Assembly (NCBI GenBank): GCA_041664165.1
Contig: JBAYLH010000006.1
Location: forward strand, 143 to 64,142
Direction of reading: 5' to 3'
DNA length: 64,000 nt
Source of the DNA: Candidatus Buchananbacteria bacterium
GTDB lineage: Bacteria; Patescibacteriota; Patescibacteriia; Buchananbacterales; UBA6539
Of this stretch, positions 34,735-45,421 are shown one piece after another. The position numbers and the translations under genes were made by a program. The number at the start of each line of letters is the position of its first letter. Position 1 is the stretch's first letter. The notes beneath the pieces are model-generated. The model worked only from the letters and a program-made list of their open reading frames with translations. It had not been told where the DNA came from and did not search any database.

Positions 34735-35706
34735 TCAGGCGCGCGGCAGGGATTCGAGAAAGCGCTGTCGAGTGAAAAGGGAAAAATCGCAGCGATCCGG
34801 ATCGATGGCCTGATTGGCCAACGAGAACAATACCGGAAGGCAGGTCCTCTCGCCGGGAAGAAGCTGCACTTCAGAGCCGATGTCTTCCATCTCAACCATT
34901 GCTGGACCGGGGTTTCCCGTCTTTGACCACGGACCAACGTACATCGCGGCGTTGCACCCGGGGATGGGGTAGGACAAATTGCGATCGAAAGGCATCGCGG
35001 CCTTGAATAGCGTTTGGTCGCTGTCCGGCATAATCATGGCTTGCCCGCCAAAGGGGGAACACCAGGCGCGTTTAGCCTCAAAGCCAGTTGGCCGGAGAAG
35101 GTGCAGCCACTGCCCGTTCATGATAGTTCGACTGAATTGCGCATCGCCTTCGGCGCTGGTTTCGTGGCCACCACCCCAGCTTGGGAAGTGCACGATCGTG
35201 GATGAATCCCAAGCAGCATTGCCGGTGTTCAAGCGACTGGCGTAGAACGCGTTGGTACCCACCGGGTCGGTGCAGGTGATTGGCCAGATTCCGCCGGCAA
35301 TGAGCATATCTCCGGCATTCTCGACGAAGTTGACCACCTCGACCATGTTGTCCGCTAGGGGCCGGACAATGAACCCTTTGACAAGCTGCATTGCGTCCGG
35401 AGGTGCCGTGAAAACGAAGCTGTCGTCATCGAGCGATTTGATTTCGATTGGGCCAGTGTCGGGAGTGTAAGCCCCGTCGTGTTCGTCCGCGCCCTTCGAT
35501 GCCCACCAGATCCGGTGGCCACCGATCAACTTCCACAACCCGCGCCCGAACTTACCCTTCGAATCGAAATAGAGCAAGTTCCTTTCCATGCTTGAGCCGA
35601 GATGGACGATTCGCAGAGCCGTCGTGAGGATCACCAGTTCGATTCCGGGCAGACTTAGTTGAAATGCTGGTTGATCATGAAAATCAACGTACTTTCCCGT
35701 AAACAT
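34735..35706 (-). CDS. Hypothetical protein, 323 aa, GC-rich (about 58%), no recognizable domain
   Basis: A long ORF with SD aggagt upstream and a dedicated terminator. Its composition is unlike the flanking genes. Confidence 0.55.
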   Translation of the reverse strand: MFTGKYVDFHDQPAFQLSLPGIELVILTTALRIVHLGSSMERNLLYFDSKGKFGRGLWKLIGGHRIWWASKGADEHDGAYTPDTGPIEIKSLDDDSFVFTAPPDAMQLVKGFIVRPLADNMVEVVNFVENAGDMLIAGGIWPITCTDPVGTNAFYASRLNTGNAAWDSSTIVHFPSWGGGHETSAEGDAQFSRTIMNGQWLHLLRPTGFEAKRAWCSPFGGQAMIMPDSDQTLFKAAMPFDRNLSYPIPGCNAAMYVGPWSKTGNPGPAMVEMEDIGSEVQLLPGERTCLPVLFSLANQAIDPDRCDFSLFTRQRFLESLPRA

Positions 35707-35990
35707 AGTTTTCTTTTACTCCTGTATTGTTGCTGAACTTCGTTTCGGTTTTTTACTGTTTTCTCAGACTGAACCGACGGGGCGCAGTCTTTTATTGGCT
35801 TCCTTTATCCCTCTGCACCCTGCAGAAGTGCAGAGACACTGCTGTTGGATACTAAACCCGTTTCACCCTCCTTTCTTTGGGTCTGGTTTTTGGTTTTGAA
35901 AAAGAGCAGGCCTAAACCTCCTCCTTGCTAGCCTTACCCTAGCCGATTTTAACTCATTTGTCAACGGTAAATTCCTCCATTATTTTTTAG

Positions 35991-37367
35991 CTATTTTTTT
36001 CGCCGGCGAAAATAGCTGACAAAAGGCTCAGGGTCTAGCGGGTAAAAATTATTGATGATATTAAAATAAACCGATTTGATTTCCTTAAAATAAAGCAATG
36101 GATTTTTGTTGGCCGGGCGATAGTGATTTTTTACTTCTTGAATTTTCGGCAGCATTATGACGGCCGCTAAAAGCCGGGAGAGGCTGGAGATAATAAAGAT
36201 GAGAAAAAAGATATTGATAAAATCGACTTTGGCATATTGGGCGATCAAGCCGCCGAGCAAAGCGCCGATAAAAATCCCGATGCCGTTAAGCAAAGTATAA
36301 TAAGCGACGACTAAGCCCCGCCGCTGCTGGCCGATTGAATCATAAATAAAATTCGAGGTGGCTAAATTAAAAGCCGACCAGCCTAAGCCGGAAAATAATT
36401 GCGGCACCAAAATCAAATAAATCGGGCTTTGGCCGAAAAGCCAAAAGATCGGCAGCGGAATAACTAAAATCGCCGCCAGTCTTAAAGTTTCGCGGTTGCC
36501 GTAAGTGTCGGCGAATTTTCCCCAGAGCGGCAAAAACAAAAAAGAAAAAATTCCGGCGGCGACGTTGACGGCCGTGAATTCAATCGGATTGAAATGCAGC
36601 TCTTTCCACATGTAAACCGAAAAAAACGGCCCGGCGATGTTTGCCCCCAGGGTAATTAAGCTGGTAAATAAAGCAAAGCGGTTGAAATTAAGGCGAGGAA
36701 TTTCCTTGATGAACTGCCAAAAAGAAAAATAGTATTCTTTTTCCAAGGTAATTTCTTCAACGTAATGGCGGTTTAGCAGGAAAGCGGAGATATAGCGGGC
36801 GGCGGCGGCGGTTAAAAAAAGAATTAAAAAGCCGATGATAATATTAATCCGGCTGAAATAGTAGAGCAGGAAAGCCGAAATTATGGTGGTGGTAACCGAA
36901 GTAATGGTGGAAAATTTAGTCCGGCGGGAAAAATATTTGCCTCTGATTTTTTCCGGCACGACGTCGCCCATGAGCGAAAACCAGGCCGGTCCGGCAATGG
37001 CGCCTGACAGGGAATAAATGACAAAAGCCAAAATAACCAGCGGTGTCAGATAAAAACTCGGCCCCTGAGCCAAAAAAATCAAGCCTAAAATAATAAATAA
37101 AAACCAGGAGCTGGCCTGGGCAACGACGCCGGCCACCACGATTTTTTTGCGGTTGGTTTTTTCCATCAGCCGGCTGCCGAAGATTTGAGCCATTGGCCCG
37201 AATAAATTGGCCAAGCTGGAAATTAAACCAACCTGCAAATTAGTCGCCTTTAGTTCTAAAGCGTAGGGGATGATGTAAGAATCGCTGATGCCGACCATGA
37301 CCGAAGCAATCGCTCCTTCTTGGGTTGATAATTTTCTGGTTTTGGCTTTTTGGTTTTCAGTATCCAT
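35991..37367 (-). CDS. MFS transporter
   Basis: About 12 predicted TM segments and two 6-helix halves, 458 aa. Confidence 0.7.
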   Translation of the reverse strand: MDTENQKAKTRKLSTQEGAIASVMVGISDSYIIPYALELKATNLQVGLISSLANLFGPMAQIFGSRLMEKTNRKKIVVAGVVAQASSWFLFIILGLIFLAQGPSFYLTPLVILAFVIYSLSGAIAGPAWFSLMGDVVPEKIRGKYFSRRTKFSTITSVTTTIISAFLLYYFSRINIIIGFLILFLTAAAARYISAFLLNRHYVEEITLEKEYYFSFWQFIKEIPRLNFNRFALFTSLITLGANIAGPFFSVYMWKELHFNPIEFTAVNVAAGIFSFLFLPLWGKFADTYGNRETLRLAAILVIPLPIFWLFGQSPIYLILVPQLFSGLGWSAFNLATSNFIYDSIGQQRRGLVVAYYTLLNGIGIFIGALLGGLIAQYAKVDFINIFFLIFIISSLSRLLAAVIMLPKIQEVKNHYRPANKNPLLYFKEIKSVYFNIINNFYPLDPEPFVSYFRRRKK

Positions 37368-37550
37368 ATTTTTTGGTAATTAAATGATAGTTTTTTTATG
37401 CGGTAATGTCAAAAATAATTTTGCCCTTGCTTAGATTTTTTGATTATGGTAAGATGAAATTGGTACAAAGAGGTGCCAAAAAAATTCGACGAAGACGTCT
37501 ATAAATTTAGGCGCTTTTTTTGTTTTGTTTAATAATTAAAATTAAAAAAA

Positions 37551-38762
37551 ATGATTGCTTTTGATTCGGGCAATACCGCTTTTATGCTGGTAGCGACCAG
37601 CTTAGTAATGTTAATGACGCCAGGCTTAGCCTTTTTTTATGGGGGCTTAGTCGGCCGGAAGAATGTTTTAGCGATTATGATTCAAAGTTTCATCTCCATG
37701 GGCTGGACCACGGTGCTTTGGTATCTCTTTGGCTACTCGCTTTGCTTTAGCGGCGATTTTTTTGGCATCATCGGCAATTTCAACCATGCTTTTCTACGCG
37801 GTATTGAGGTTACGGCTATGCATCCCAATGGTTTTCCGCTAATGATTTTTGTCGCTTATCAGATGATGTTTGCCATTATCACCCCGGCCTTAATCACCGG
37901 CGCGTTTGCCAATCGGATTAATTTCAAAGCTTATTTTATTTTTTTGACGGTCTGGCTGATCTTGGTTTATTTTCCGATTTGCCACATGGCCTGGGGGCCA
38001 AACGGTTTATTTCAGCAGTGGGGAGTTTTGGATTTCGCTGGCGGTACGGTGGTTCACGCCACAGCCGGCTTCGCGGCTTTGGCAGCGGTTTTATTTGTCG
38101 GTAAAAGAAAAAACGGCACTGAGTCGCCGCATAATTTGCCGCTGGTGGCTTTGGGTACCGGTCTTTTATGGTTTGGCTGGTATGGTTTTAACGCCGGCAG
38201 CGAATTAGCCGCTGACAATATTACCGCCTTAGCTTTTTTAAATACTGATATTGCCGCTTCTTTTGCCGCTGTTACCTGGTTATTTTTAGCCTGGTTTTTT
38301 GAAAAAAAGCCAAAATTTTTGGGTTTACTGACTGGAGCTGTGGCTGGGTTAGTGGCAATTACGCCGGCTGCCGGCTATGTTACGCCGACCTCAGCGGTTT
38401 TGATTGGAATTATTTCGGCTATTGTTTGTTATTTAGCCGTGGCTTTGAAAAATAAATTGAAGTTTGATGACGCGCTTGATGTTTGGGGTGTGCATGGCGT
38501 GGGCGGTGTGGTCGGTTGTATTTCGCTTGGGATCTTTGCCACGCTCGCTGTCAATAAAAACGGAGCGGCCGGACTCCTTTTTGGCAACTCAATTTTTTTC
38601 TTGAAAGAAATTGCTGTTGTTTTAGGTGTTGCCCTATATGCTTTTGTTTTTTCCTATGCGATGCTTTGGTTAATTGATAAAATTACTCCAGTTCGAACTT
38701 CTCCTGACCACGAAGATGATGGCTTGGATTTTTCCCTGCACGGAGAAACCGCTTACGAATAA
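37551..38762 (+). CDS. amt: Ammonium transporter (Amt/MEP family)
   Basis: DFAGGTVVH and GWYGFNAGS conserved blocks, 11 TM. Confidence 0.85.
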   Translation: MIAFDSGNTAFMLVATSLVMLMTPGLAFFYGGLVGRKNVLAIMIQSFISMGWTTVLWYLFGYSLCFSGDFFGIIGNFNHAFLRGIEVTAMHPNGFPLMIFVAYQMMFAIITPALITGAFANRINFKAYFIFLTVWLILVYFPICHMAWGPNGLFQQWGVLDFAGGTVVHATAGFAALAAVLFVGKRKNGTESPHNLPLVALGTGLLWFGWYGFNAGSELAADNITALAFLNTDIAASFAAVTWLFLAWFFEKKPKFLGLLTGAVAGLVAITPAAGYVTPTSAVLIGIISAIVCYLAVALKNKLKFDDALDVWGVHGVGGVVGCISLGIFATLAVNKNGAAGLLFGNSIFFLKEIAVVLGVALYAFVFSYAMLWLIDKITPVRTSPDHEDDGLDFSLHGETAYE

Positions 38763-38810
38763 TAACCAATTTGTACTTGAGTTGATGGGTGATATCTTTT
38801 ACGATCGTTT

Positions 38811-38842
38811 TAAAAAAATCCCGCTAGTCCAGGGATTTTTTT
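38811..38842. terminator. Bidirectional terminator between convergent amt and mgtA
   Basis: aaaaaaatccc-gctagtccag-ggatttttttt. Both sides have A/T runs. Confidence 0.65.
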
Positions 38843-38860
38843 TATTCAAATTGGCAATCA

Positions 38861-41485
38861 CTAATCCCAACCATATCGTTGATTAAACCAAGTTTTGACT
38901 AATTGGGTAACTAAAAAATAGGTGGCCGTCATTACTGTCAAAAATAGAAAGTAAAGCGGGGGCAGGGGAACAAAACCCAACATCGGTGCGAGTGGTGAAA
39001 ATGGTAAAAATATGCCAATTGCAACTATACCGAGCGTGGTTAAGGTTAGCATTTTTGATGGTGAACTTTGTAAAAATGGAATTTTATGAGTGCGGATGAC
39101 ATAAATGATCAAAGTTTGGCTGACTAAAGATTCGACAAACCAGCCGGTATGAAAAAGCGCCGGATTAGCCCAGCAGTTAAAAACAAATAGCATGACAAAA
39201 TAGGTCAGATAGTCGTATAGCGAACTAATCGGCCCGATGACTAAGATAAAACGCCTCATGTAATCAATCCGCCATTTTCGGGGTTTAAGCAGATACTCGT
39301 CATCGATTTTGTCGGTTGGAATCGCGGTCTGGGAGAAATCATAAAGCAAATTGTTGGTCAGGACTTGGATTGGCAGCATCGGCAAGAAAGGCAAAAAAAT
39401 ACTGGCGCCAACCACCGAAAACATATTGCCGAAATTTGACGACGCGGCCATTTGGATGTATTTGACGATATTACCGAATACTTTCCGGCCTTCGATGACG
39501 CCGTCTTTTAAAACTAGCAAGTTTTTTTCCAGTAAAATTATATCCGAAGATTCTTTGGCGATATCGGCGGCGCTGTCAACGGAAATGCCGACATCGGCCG
39601 CCCGCAAGGCCGGCGCATCATTAATGCCATCACCTAAAAAGCCAACTGCATGATTATTGCCACGCAAGGCCCGAATAATTTTTTCTTTATGAAAAGGGGC
39701 CAGTTTGGCAAAAATTGAAGTTTTCTCAACTATTTCCGCTAATTTTTTGCCTTCCAGTTTTTCAATTTCACTACCTAAAATAATATTTTCGGCGGGAATG
39801 CCGACCTGCTGGCAGATTTGGCGGGTTACGATTTCGTTGTCGCCGGTTAAAACTTTGATTGAAACGCCGTATTTTTTCAGTTCAATGACCGCCTGAGCGG
39901 CTGATTCTTTCGGCGGATCCAAAAAGGCCAAAAAGCCCAGCAAGATTAAATCTTTTTCATCGCTGACGGAGTAACGGCGGTTACCGTCGGAAACTTTTTT
40001 GTAAGCGACCGTAACGACTCGGAAACCATCGCCATTTAATCTTTTTTCGATTTCGGTTTTATATTTTTTTTCGATTTTTTCAATGGGAATAATTTTTTTG
40101 CCGACTTGAACCCGGTTGCAAAGCGTCAGCATTTCTTCAACGGCGCCCTTGCAGATTAAAATATTTTGGCCGGTTGGCTCTTTAACGACCACGGAAAGCC
40201 GGCGGCGGATAAAATCAAAAGGAATTTCATCGATTTTTTTGTAATTTTTTTTGACTTGTAAATTTTTTTCCACTTCTTGGTGGCGCAAGACCGCGGCATC
40301 AATTAAGTTGGTCAAGCCGGTTTGGTAAAAACTGTTCAAATAGGCATAGTTTAAAACCGCTTTAGTCTCCTGTCCGTAGATATTTAAATATTTTTCTAAA
40401 ATCACCCGGCCTTCGGTTAAAGTTCCGGTTTTGTCCGTGCATAAAATATCCATGGCGCCAAAATTTTGAATGGCCGGCAAATGGCGGACAATCACTTTTT
40501 TCTTTGCCATATCCAAGGCGCCTTTGGAAAGATTGACCGAGACAATCATCGGCAGCATTTCCGGCGCCAGTCCGACGGTAACGGCGACAGCGAATATGAA
40601 AGCCTCAAACCAGTTGCCTTTGCTGATGCCGTTCAAGATAAAAACCGTCGGCGCCATGACGATGATAAAACCGATAATGAGCCAGGTAAAATTTTTAATT
40701 CCCAAGTCAAAACTGGAAACAGTTTCAAAAGTATCCAAAGCTTTGGCTAGCGACCCCAAGTAAGTGTCGTGGCTGGTGCAAATTACCATCGCTTTAGCCG
40801 TGCCGCTTTCGACGTTGCTGCCTAAAAAGCAAAGGTTAGACACTTCCAGCGGATTTTTGGTATTTTGCGGTTCAGCGTGTTTTTCGGCCGGGATTGATTC
40901 GCCCGTCAAAGCAGCCTGGTTAACAAAAAGATCTTTGGATTCAATTAGTCTGACGTCGGCTGGGATCATATCGCCGGCCGAGAGGAAAATAATATCGCCG
41001 GGTACTAAATATTTAATGTCAATTTCTTTTTTTTGGCCGTCGCGGATGACGTGGGCCGTGGTTTTGACCATCGCCTTAAGGTCATCGGCGGCTTTATCGG
41101 CCTTGGCTTCCTGAAAGAATCGCAAAATTACGCTTAAAACCACCATGATTAAAATCATCGCGGTAGTGCGAAAATCCCTGGTGATTAAAGAGACTAAAAC
41201 TAAGGTTAAAAGCAGAAGGCTTAACGGATCTAAAAAATTGCCCAGCAGCCGAGCCCACCATTTAACCGGCGGTTCGGCCGCGACTTCGTTCAAGCCGTGC
41301 TTTAATCGCTGAGTTAATATCTCGGGATGGCTTAAGCCTTTAAGCGAGGTATGAAAATCTCGGAAAAAATCTTCCTTTGACTGGCCGGCCACTCGGATTA
41401 ATTTCTCGGTTATTTTTGGCGAAATATTGGAATTAGCCGAGGGCTGGTTTTTGGAGTTAGCCAATATTTTTTTGATAATGCCCAT
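38861..41485 (-). CDS. mgtA: Magnesium-translocating P-type ATPase (MgtA/MgtB type)
   Basis: DKTGTLT phosphorylation site, GDGINDAPAL, TGES, 10 TM, 874 aa. Confidence 0.85.
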   Translation of the reverse strand: MGIIKKILANSKNQPSANSNISPKITEKLIRVAGQSKEDFFRDFHTSLKGLSHPEILTQRLKHGLNEVAAEPPVKWWARLLGNFLDPLSLLLLTLVLVSLITRDFRTTAMILIMVVLSVILRFFQEAKADKAADDLKAMVKTTAHVIRDGQKKEIDIKYLVPGDIIFLSAGDMIPADVRLIESKDLFVNQAALTGESIPAEKHAEPQNTKNPLEVSNLCFLGSNVESGTAKAMVICTSHDTYLGSLAKALDTFETVSSFDLGIKNFTWLIIGFIIVMAPTVFILNGISKGNWFEAFIFAVAVTVGLAPEMLPMIVSVNLSKGALDMAKKKVIVRHLPAIQNFGAMDILCTDKTGTLTEGRVILEKYLNIYGQETKAVLNYAYLNSFYQTGLTNLIDAAVLRHQEVEKNLQVKKNYKKIDEIPFDFIRRRLSVVVKEPTGQNILICKGAVEEMLTLCNRVQVGKKIIPIEKIEKKYKTEIEKRLNGDGFRVVTVAYKKVSDGNRRYSVSDEKDLILLGFLAFLDPPKESAAQAVIELKKYGVSIKVLTGDNEIVTRQICQQVGIPAENIILGSEIEKLEGKKLAEIVEKTSIFAKLAPFHKEKIIRALRGNNHAVGFLGDGINDAPALRAADVGISVDSAADIAKESSDIILLEKNLLVLKDGVIEGRKVFGNIVKYIQMAASSNFGNMFSVVGASIFLPFLPMLPIQVLTNNLLYDFSQTAIPTDKIDDEYLLKPRKWRIDYMRRFILVIGPISSLYDYLTYFVMLFVFNCWANPALFHTGWFVESLVSQTLIIYVIRTHKIPFLQSSPSKMLTLTTLGIVAIGIFLPFSPLAPMLGFVPLPPLYFLFLTVMTATYFLVTQLVKTWFNQRYGWD

Positions 41486-41588
41486 AAAATTTAGTCATTT
41501 AACTTCATTTATTATATCACTAATAATTTTTATTTTACAGTTTGTTTTTTGTGTTTTTTTATGATCTATGTTCTAATGAAGTAAATAT

Positions 41589-42089
41589 ATGAAAAAAATA
41601 TTAATTACCTCAATCAATATTATTATTTTAGTTTTACTGGCGATTCCGGTTTTTACCTTCATCAAAAATGTCAGCAGTCAGGCTGCTATTGCCAGTCCGG
41701 TTAATTCGGCTAATTCCGGTTTGGTCAATTTTAACGCCGCTAATCCTGGCCAGGCTGGCCAGTCAGTCAATTTAACCTTGGCGGAAGTGGCGAAACATAA
41801 CCAGTCCAATGATTGTTGGCTGATAATTAATAATCAGGTTTATGATTTAAGCAGCTATGCCCCTTATCATCCCGGCGGCAGCGCGATGCTGCCTTACTGC
41901 GGCCGGGAAGCCACGGCCGCTTATAATGACAAAGACGGCGGCGGTGCGCCTCATTCCCAAAACGCCGCTAATCTTTTAACTAATTATTTTATTGGCCAAC
42001 TCGGACAGCAGTCAAAAAATTTATCGGGTCAGCCGGTGGCGCCGCCAGCCGGCATCAATCAGCTCAACCGGGAAATAGAAGACGATTAA
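41589..42089 (+). CDS. Secreted or membrane-anchored cytochrome b5-like heme-binding domain protein
   Basis: N-terminal signal/anchor, then AKHNQSNDCWLIINNQVYDLSSYAPYHPGG (cyt b5 HPGG motif). Confidence 0.65.
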   Translation: MKKILITSINIIILVLLAIPVFTFIKNVSSQAAIASPVNSANSGLVNFNAANPGQAGQSVNLTLAEVAKHNQSNDCWLIINNQVYDLSSYAPYHPGGSAMLPYCGREATAAYNDKDGGGAPHSQNAANLLTNYFIGQLGQQSKNLSGQPVAPPAGINQLNREIEDD

Positions 42090-42090
42090 T

Positions 42091-42417
42091 ATGAATCAAT
42101 TTTTAGTAAAATTAAATTTTATTGCCCGAAAGCTCCACCGATTTTTGGTTTTATTTTCCGCCATTACTTTTCTCGTGATGGCCGCTACTGGTTTATTAAT
42201 CCGCTACCTCTGGTTTGCTACGGAAACTACCACCGGCTCGGTTTTTCAGTTCGGCTCGGTATTAATCAGAGAAACAGCCATTCGGCAGCTTCATTCTCAG
42301 TATAGTCTTTATTTTACGATGGTTATCGGTTTAATGATGATTACCGGTTTAACTATGTATTTTTTGCCGAAAATAATCGCCAAAAGAAACCAACTGCCCC
42401 AAAAATTTCAGAAGTAA
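42091..42417 (+). CDS. Small membrane protein (3 TM), hypothetical
   Basis: Starts 2 nt after the cyt b5-like gene. Hydrophobic. Confidence 0.45.
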   Translation: MNQFLVKLNFIARKLHRFLVLFSAITFLVMAATGLLIRYLWFATETTTGSVFQFGSVLIRETAIRQLHSQYSLYFTMVIGLMMITGLTMYFLPKIIAKRNQLPQKFQK

Positions 42418-42477
42418 ATTGAGCCATATAAAAAAATCAGCCTCAAAGCGGGGTTGATTTTTTTAGTTTGTAATATT

Positions 42478-43788
42478 TTAGTAGTTGAATTTTCGGCCAG
42501 CTTGCCGGTTTGGTTTCGGCCGGTATCTTCTTCTGTTGTATGAATTGTTTTTATTCCGGTTATCCGGCGGTTGCAGCCGGCCGATAGTGTCTGGCCGGCG
42601 GTTTTTTTGATACTGATAATTGAAACCGGGCGGCATTATCGGCTGCTCAATTTTGGGTAAAGCCGGCGTTGGTGAAACCGGCAAAGTCGTTTTAATCAGC
42701 CGTTCAATGCCTTTGATATCGCCATGCTGATCCGGTGTGGCGAAAGAAATCGCGTGGCCGGTTCGGCCCGCCCGGGCGGTTCGGCCGATGCGGTGGATGT
42801 AATCCTCAGGATTTTCCGGCAGGTCATAATTGATGACGAGCTGAATGCCGGTTACATCGATTCCTCTGGCGGCGATGTCAGTCGCGACTAAAATCCGGTA
42901 GCGGCCGATTTTAAATCCCTCCAAGGCTTCCAGTCTTTGGTTGAGGCTTCGGTTGGAATGAATTTCATTGGCAGTATAGCCAAGCGCTCTGATTTTATGC
43001 GTAATTTTTTTGGCGCCGAATTTGGTTCGGGAAAAAATTAAAATGCTGCCGGTATATTGTTTTAACAAATTGGCCAAAAGCGATATTTTATCTTTGCCGT
43101 CAACAAAAAATAATTCCTGAGTAACTGATTTTACCGTGGTGCCCGAAGGCGCCACTTCAACGCGCAACGGTAATGACATGTAGGATTTGGCAATCGCTAC
43201 AATAGCCTGCGGCATGGTGGCCGAAAACAGCATCGTCTGGCGTTCTCTGGGGACGGCTTGAAGAATTTTTTTGATCTGCGGGGCAAAACCCATATCCAGC
43301 ATCCGGTCGGCTTCGTCTAAAACTAAAATGCCGACTTTGGCCAAATTCAGCCGGGAGTTTTGGATATGATCGATTATCCGGCCGGGCGTGGCAATGATGA
43401 TTTGTGGCCTGAGGCTTAAAGCTTTGTGCTGCTTGGCCGGGTTTTCGCCGCCGATTAAAATCGCCGTTTTCAGGCCGATTGACTCGCCGATTTTTTTTAA
43501 TGTCTGATCGACTTGCACGGCCAGCTCCCGGGTCGGCAAAATAACCAGGCCGATGATGCGGCCTTGGTTTTGGGCGATTCTTTGAATCATCGGAATGCCA
43601 AAGGCCAGAGTTTTGCCGGTGCCGGTTTGGGCAATGCCCATTAAATCTTTGCCGGCAATGGCCGGCGGGATTGATTGCTCCTGAATCGGAGTCGGATGAA
43701 AAAATTTATGCCGGGCTAGAATTTCCAAAAGTTTGGGGGCAATACCGAGTTCGTCAAAATTTTTATTGGAATTAGTCGAAGTAGTCAT
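42478..43788 (-). CDS. DEAD-box ATP-dependent RNA helicase with R/N-rich C-terminal tail
   Basis: Q-motif, AQTGTGKT, DEAD, SAT and HRIGRTAR motifs. Confidence 0.9.
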   Translation of the reverse strand: MTTSTNSNKNFDELGIAPKLLEILARHKFFHPTPIQEQSIPPAIAGKDLMGIAQTGTGKTLAFGIPMIQRIAQNQGRIIGLVILPTRELAVQVDQTLKKIGESIGLKTAILIGGENPAKQHKALSLRPQIIIATPGRIIDHIQNSRLNLAKVGILVLDEADRMLDMGFAPQIKKILQAVPRERQTMLFSATMPQAIVAIAKSYMSLPLRVEVAPSGTTVKSVTQELFFVDGKDKISLLANLLKQYTGSILIFSRTKFGAKKITHKIRALGYTANEIHSNRSLNQRLEALEGFKIGRYRILVATDIAARGIDVTGIQLVINYDLPENPEDYIHRIGRTARAGRTGHAISFATPDQHGDIKGIERLIKTTLPVSPTPALPKIEQPIMPPGFNYQYQKNRRPDTIGRLQPPDNRNKNNSYNRRRYRPKPNRQAGRKFNY

Positions 43789-44037
43789 AAGTCGTTATTA
43801 ATTGGTTAAAGCGCAAACACCCTGAGTATAGCAGAAAATGCTTTGTTTTAACAGGGAAGAGCAAAAAATTTCGGCTTGTCATTTCTCACTGGTTTATTAA
43901 CAGACTGACCTAATGCGGAATCCGGGAATCTTGTCATTAATGAATTTCGTATTTTTTTGTTTTAATGAAATTAGTTTTTAGAAAAATTCCGCCAAACAAA
44001 AATTGAATTGGCCGATGTTTCAGTATATAATCAAATC

Positions 44038-45282
44038 ATGAACAAGATTTTTCAAAAATTCGATGTCGCTGTCATCGGCGGGGGACCGGCGGGAATGATG
44101 GCGGCCGGCTGGGCGGCCAAAAGGGGCGCTAAAGTGGTATTACTGGAAAAAAATAAAACTTTAGGCAAAAAGCTTTTAATCACCGGCAAAGGCCGCTGTA
44201 ATCTCACCAACGCTCAAAAAGATAACCGGGAGTTTATCAAAAAACTTGGCTTAAACGGCCCGTTTCTTTTTTCCGCCCTGAATGCCTTTGGGCCGAAAGA
44301 CGCGGTTGATTTTTTTGAAAATCTTGGGGTAAAGACCAAAGTGGAGCGTGGAGGCCGGGTTTTCCCGGTTTCTGATTCTGCCGCGGATGTTTTGAACGCC
44401 CTGGTTCGGTTTTTAAACGCCGGCCGGGTTACGGTTATCAAAGAAGCCAAAATCAGAGAATTGGTTGTTGAAAAAAATTTGGTCAAAAAAATTAAATTGA
44501 CTGATTCCGAAATTGAAATCAAAAAAATAATTTTAGCCACCGGCGGTTTGGCCTATCCCGGCACGGGCTGTACCGGCGACGGCTATGTTTGGGCAAAAAA
44601 ATTCGGCCACGAAATAATCAAGCCGACCCCGGCTTTAGTGCCGATTTTGGTGAAAGAAAAATGGGTCAAAGCGCTTGAAGGCTTGAGCTTGAAAAATGTT
44701 TCAATCGCGGTTTACCAAAATAACAAAAAAGCGGCTGAGGAATTCGGCGAAGCGCTGTTTACCGACCGCGGCCTGTCCGGGCCGATTATTTTGGATTTGA
44801 GCCAGACCGTTGGCCGAAATTTAGCCAAAGGCGCGGTTGAATTAAAAATTAATTTTAAACCCGCTCTCGACTGGCCGGCTCTGGGCTTGCGCCTGCAAAA
44901 AGACTTCGGCCAAAATCCAAACAAGGCGTTTAAAAACAGCTTGGATCAGCTTTTGCCGAAAAAATTAATTTCAATTTTCGTTGAGCTTTCAAAAATAGCT
45001 GAAAATAAAAAAGCCGGCCAGCTGACTCGCGAAGAAAAAAATCGGCTGCTTAAATTGTTTTTTGGTTTTACCCTGACCGTTGACCGGCTAGATGGCTTTG
45101 AGAAAGCGATTGTTACGGCCGGCGGCGTCAGCGTAAAAGAAATCAATCCGAAAACCATGGGTTCAAAAATTATAAAAAATTTGTTTTTTGCCGGCGAAAT
45201 AATTGATCTCAACGGGCCAACCGGCGGCTATAATTTGCAAATCGCTTTTGCCACTGGCTACTTGGCCGGAACCAGCAATTGA
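44038..45282 (+). CDS. HI0933/YhiN-family FAD-dependent flavoprotein (BaiN-like)
   Basis: FDVAVIGGGPAGMMAA dinucleotide-binding motif and GKGRCNLTN, 414 aa. Confidence 0.75.
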   Translation: MNKIFQKFDVAVIGGGPAGMMAAGWAAKRGAKVVLLEKNKTLGKKLLITGKGRCNLTNAQKDNREFIKKLGLNGPFLFSALNAFGPKDAVDFFENLGVKTKVERGGRVFPVSDSAADVLNALVRFLNAGRVTVIKEAKIRELVVEKNLVKKIKLTDSEIEIKKIILATGGLAYPGTGCTGDGYVWAKKFGHEIIKPTPALVPILVKEKWVKALEGLSLKNVSIAVYQNNKKAAEEFGEALFTDRGLSGPIILDLSQTVGRNLAKGAVELKINFKPALDWPALGLRLQKDFGQNPNKAFKNSLDQLLPKKLISIFVELSKIAENKKAGQLTREEKNRLLKLFFGFTLTVDRLDGFEKAIVTAGGVSVKEINPKTMGSKIIKNLFFAGEIIDLNGPTGGYNLQIAFATGYLAGTSN

Positions 45283-45421
45283 TTTTTGTCAGTCATTTCA
45301 AAAAAGTCTTCCATTTGAGGAAGACTTTTTGGTAAGGGTCGGGAAAGGGGATAATGTTAGATCTGGATTATCTAAGATTAATAAAGACTTAATGTTGGCT
45401 TTCAATAATCCGAAAGTTTGG

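Noticed and set aside
41486-41588. Mg2+ riboswitch (M-box) upstream of mgtA
   Set aside because: The divergent spacer is only about 100 nt. It is AT-rich and lacks the M-box conserved helices.
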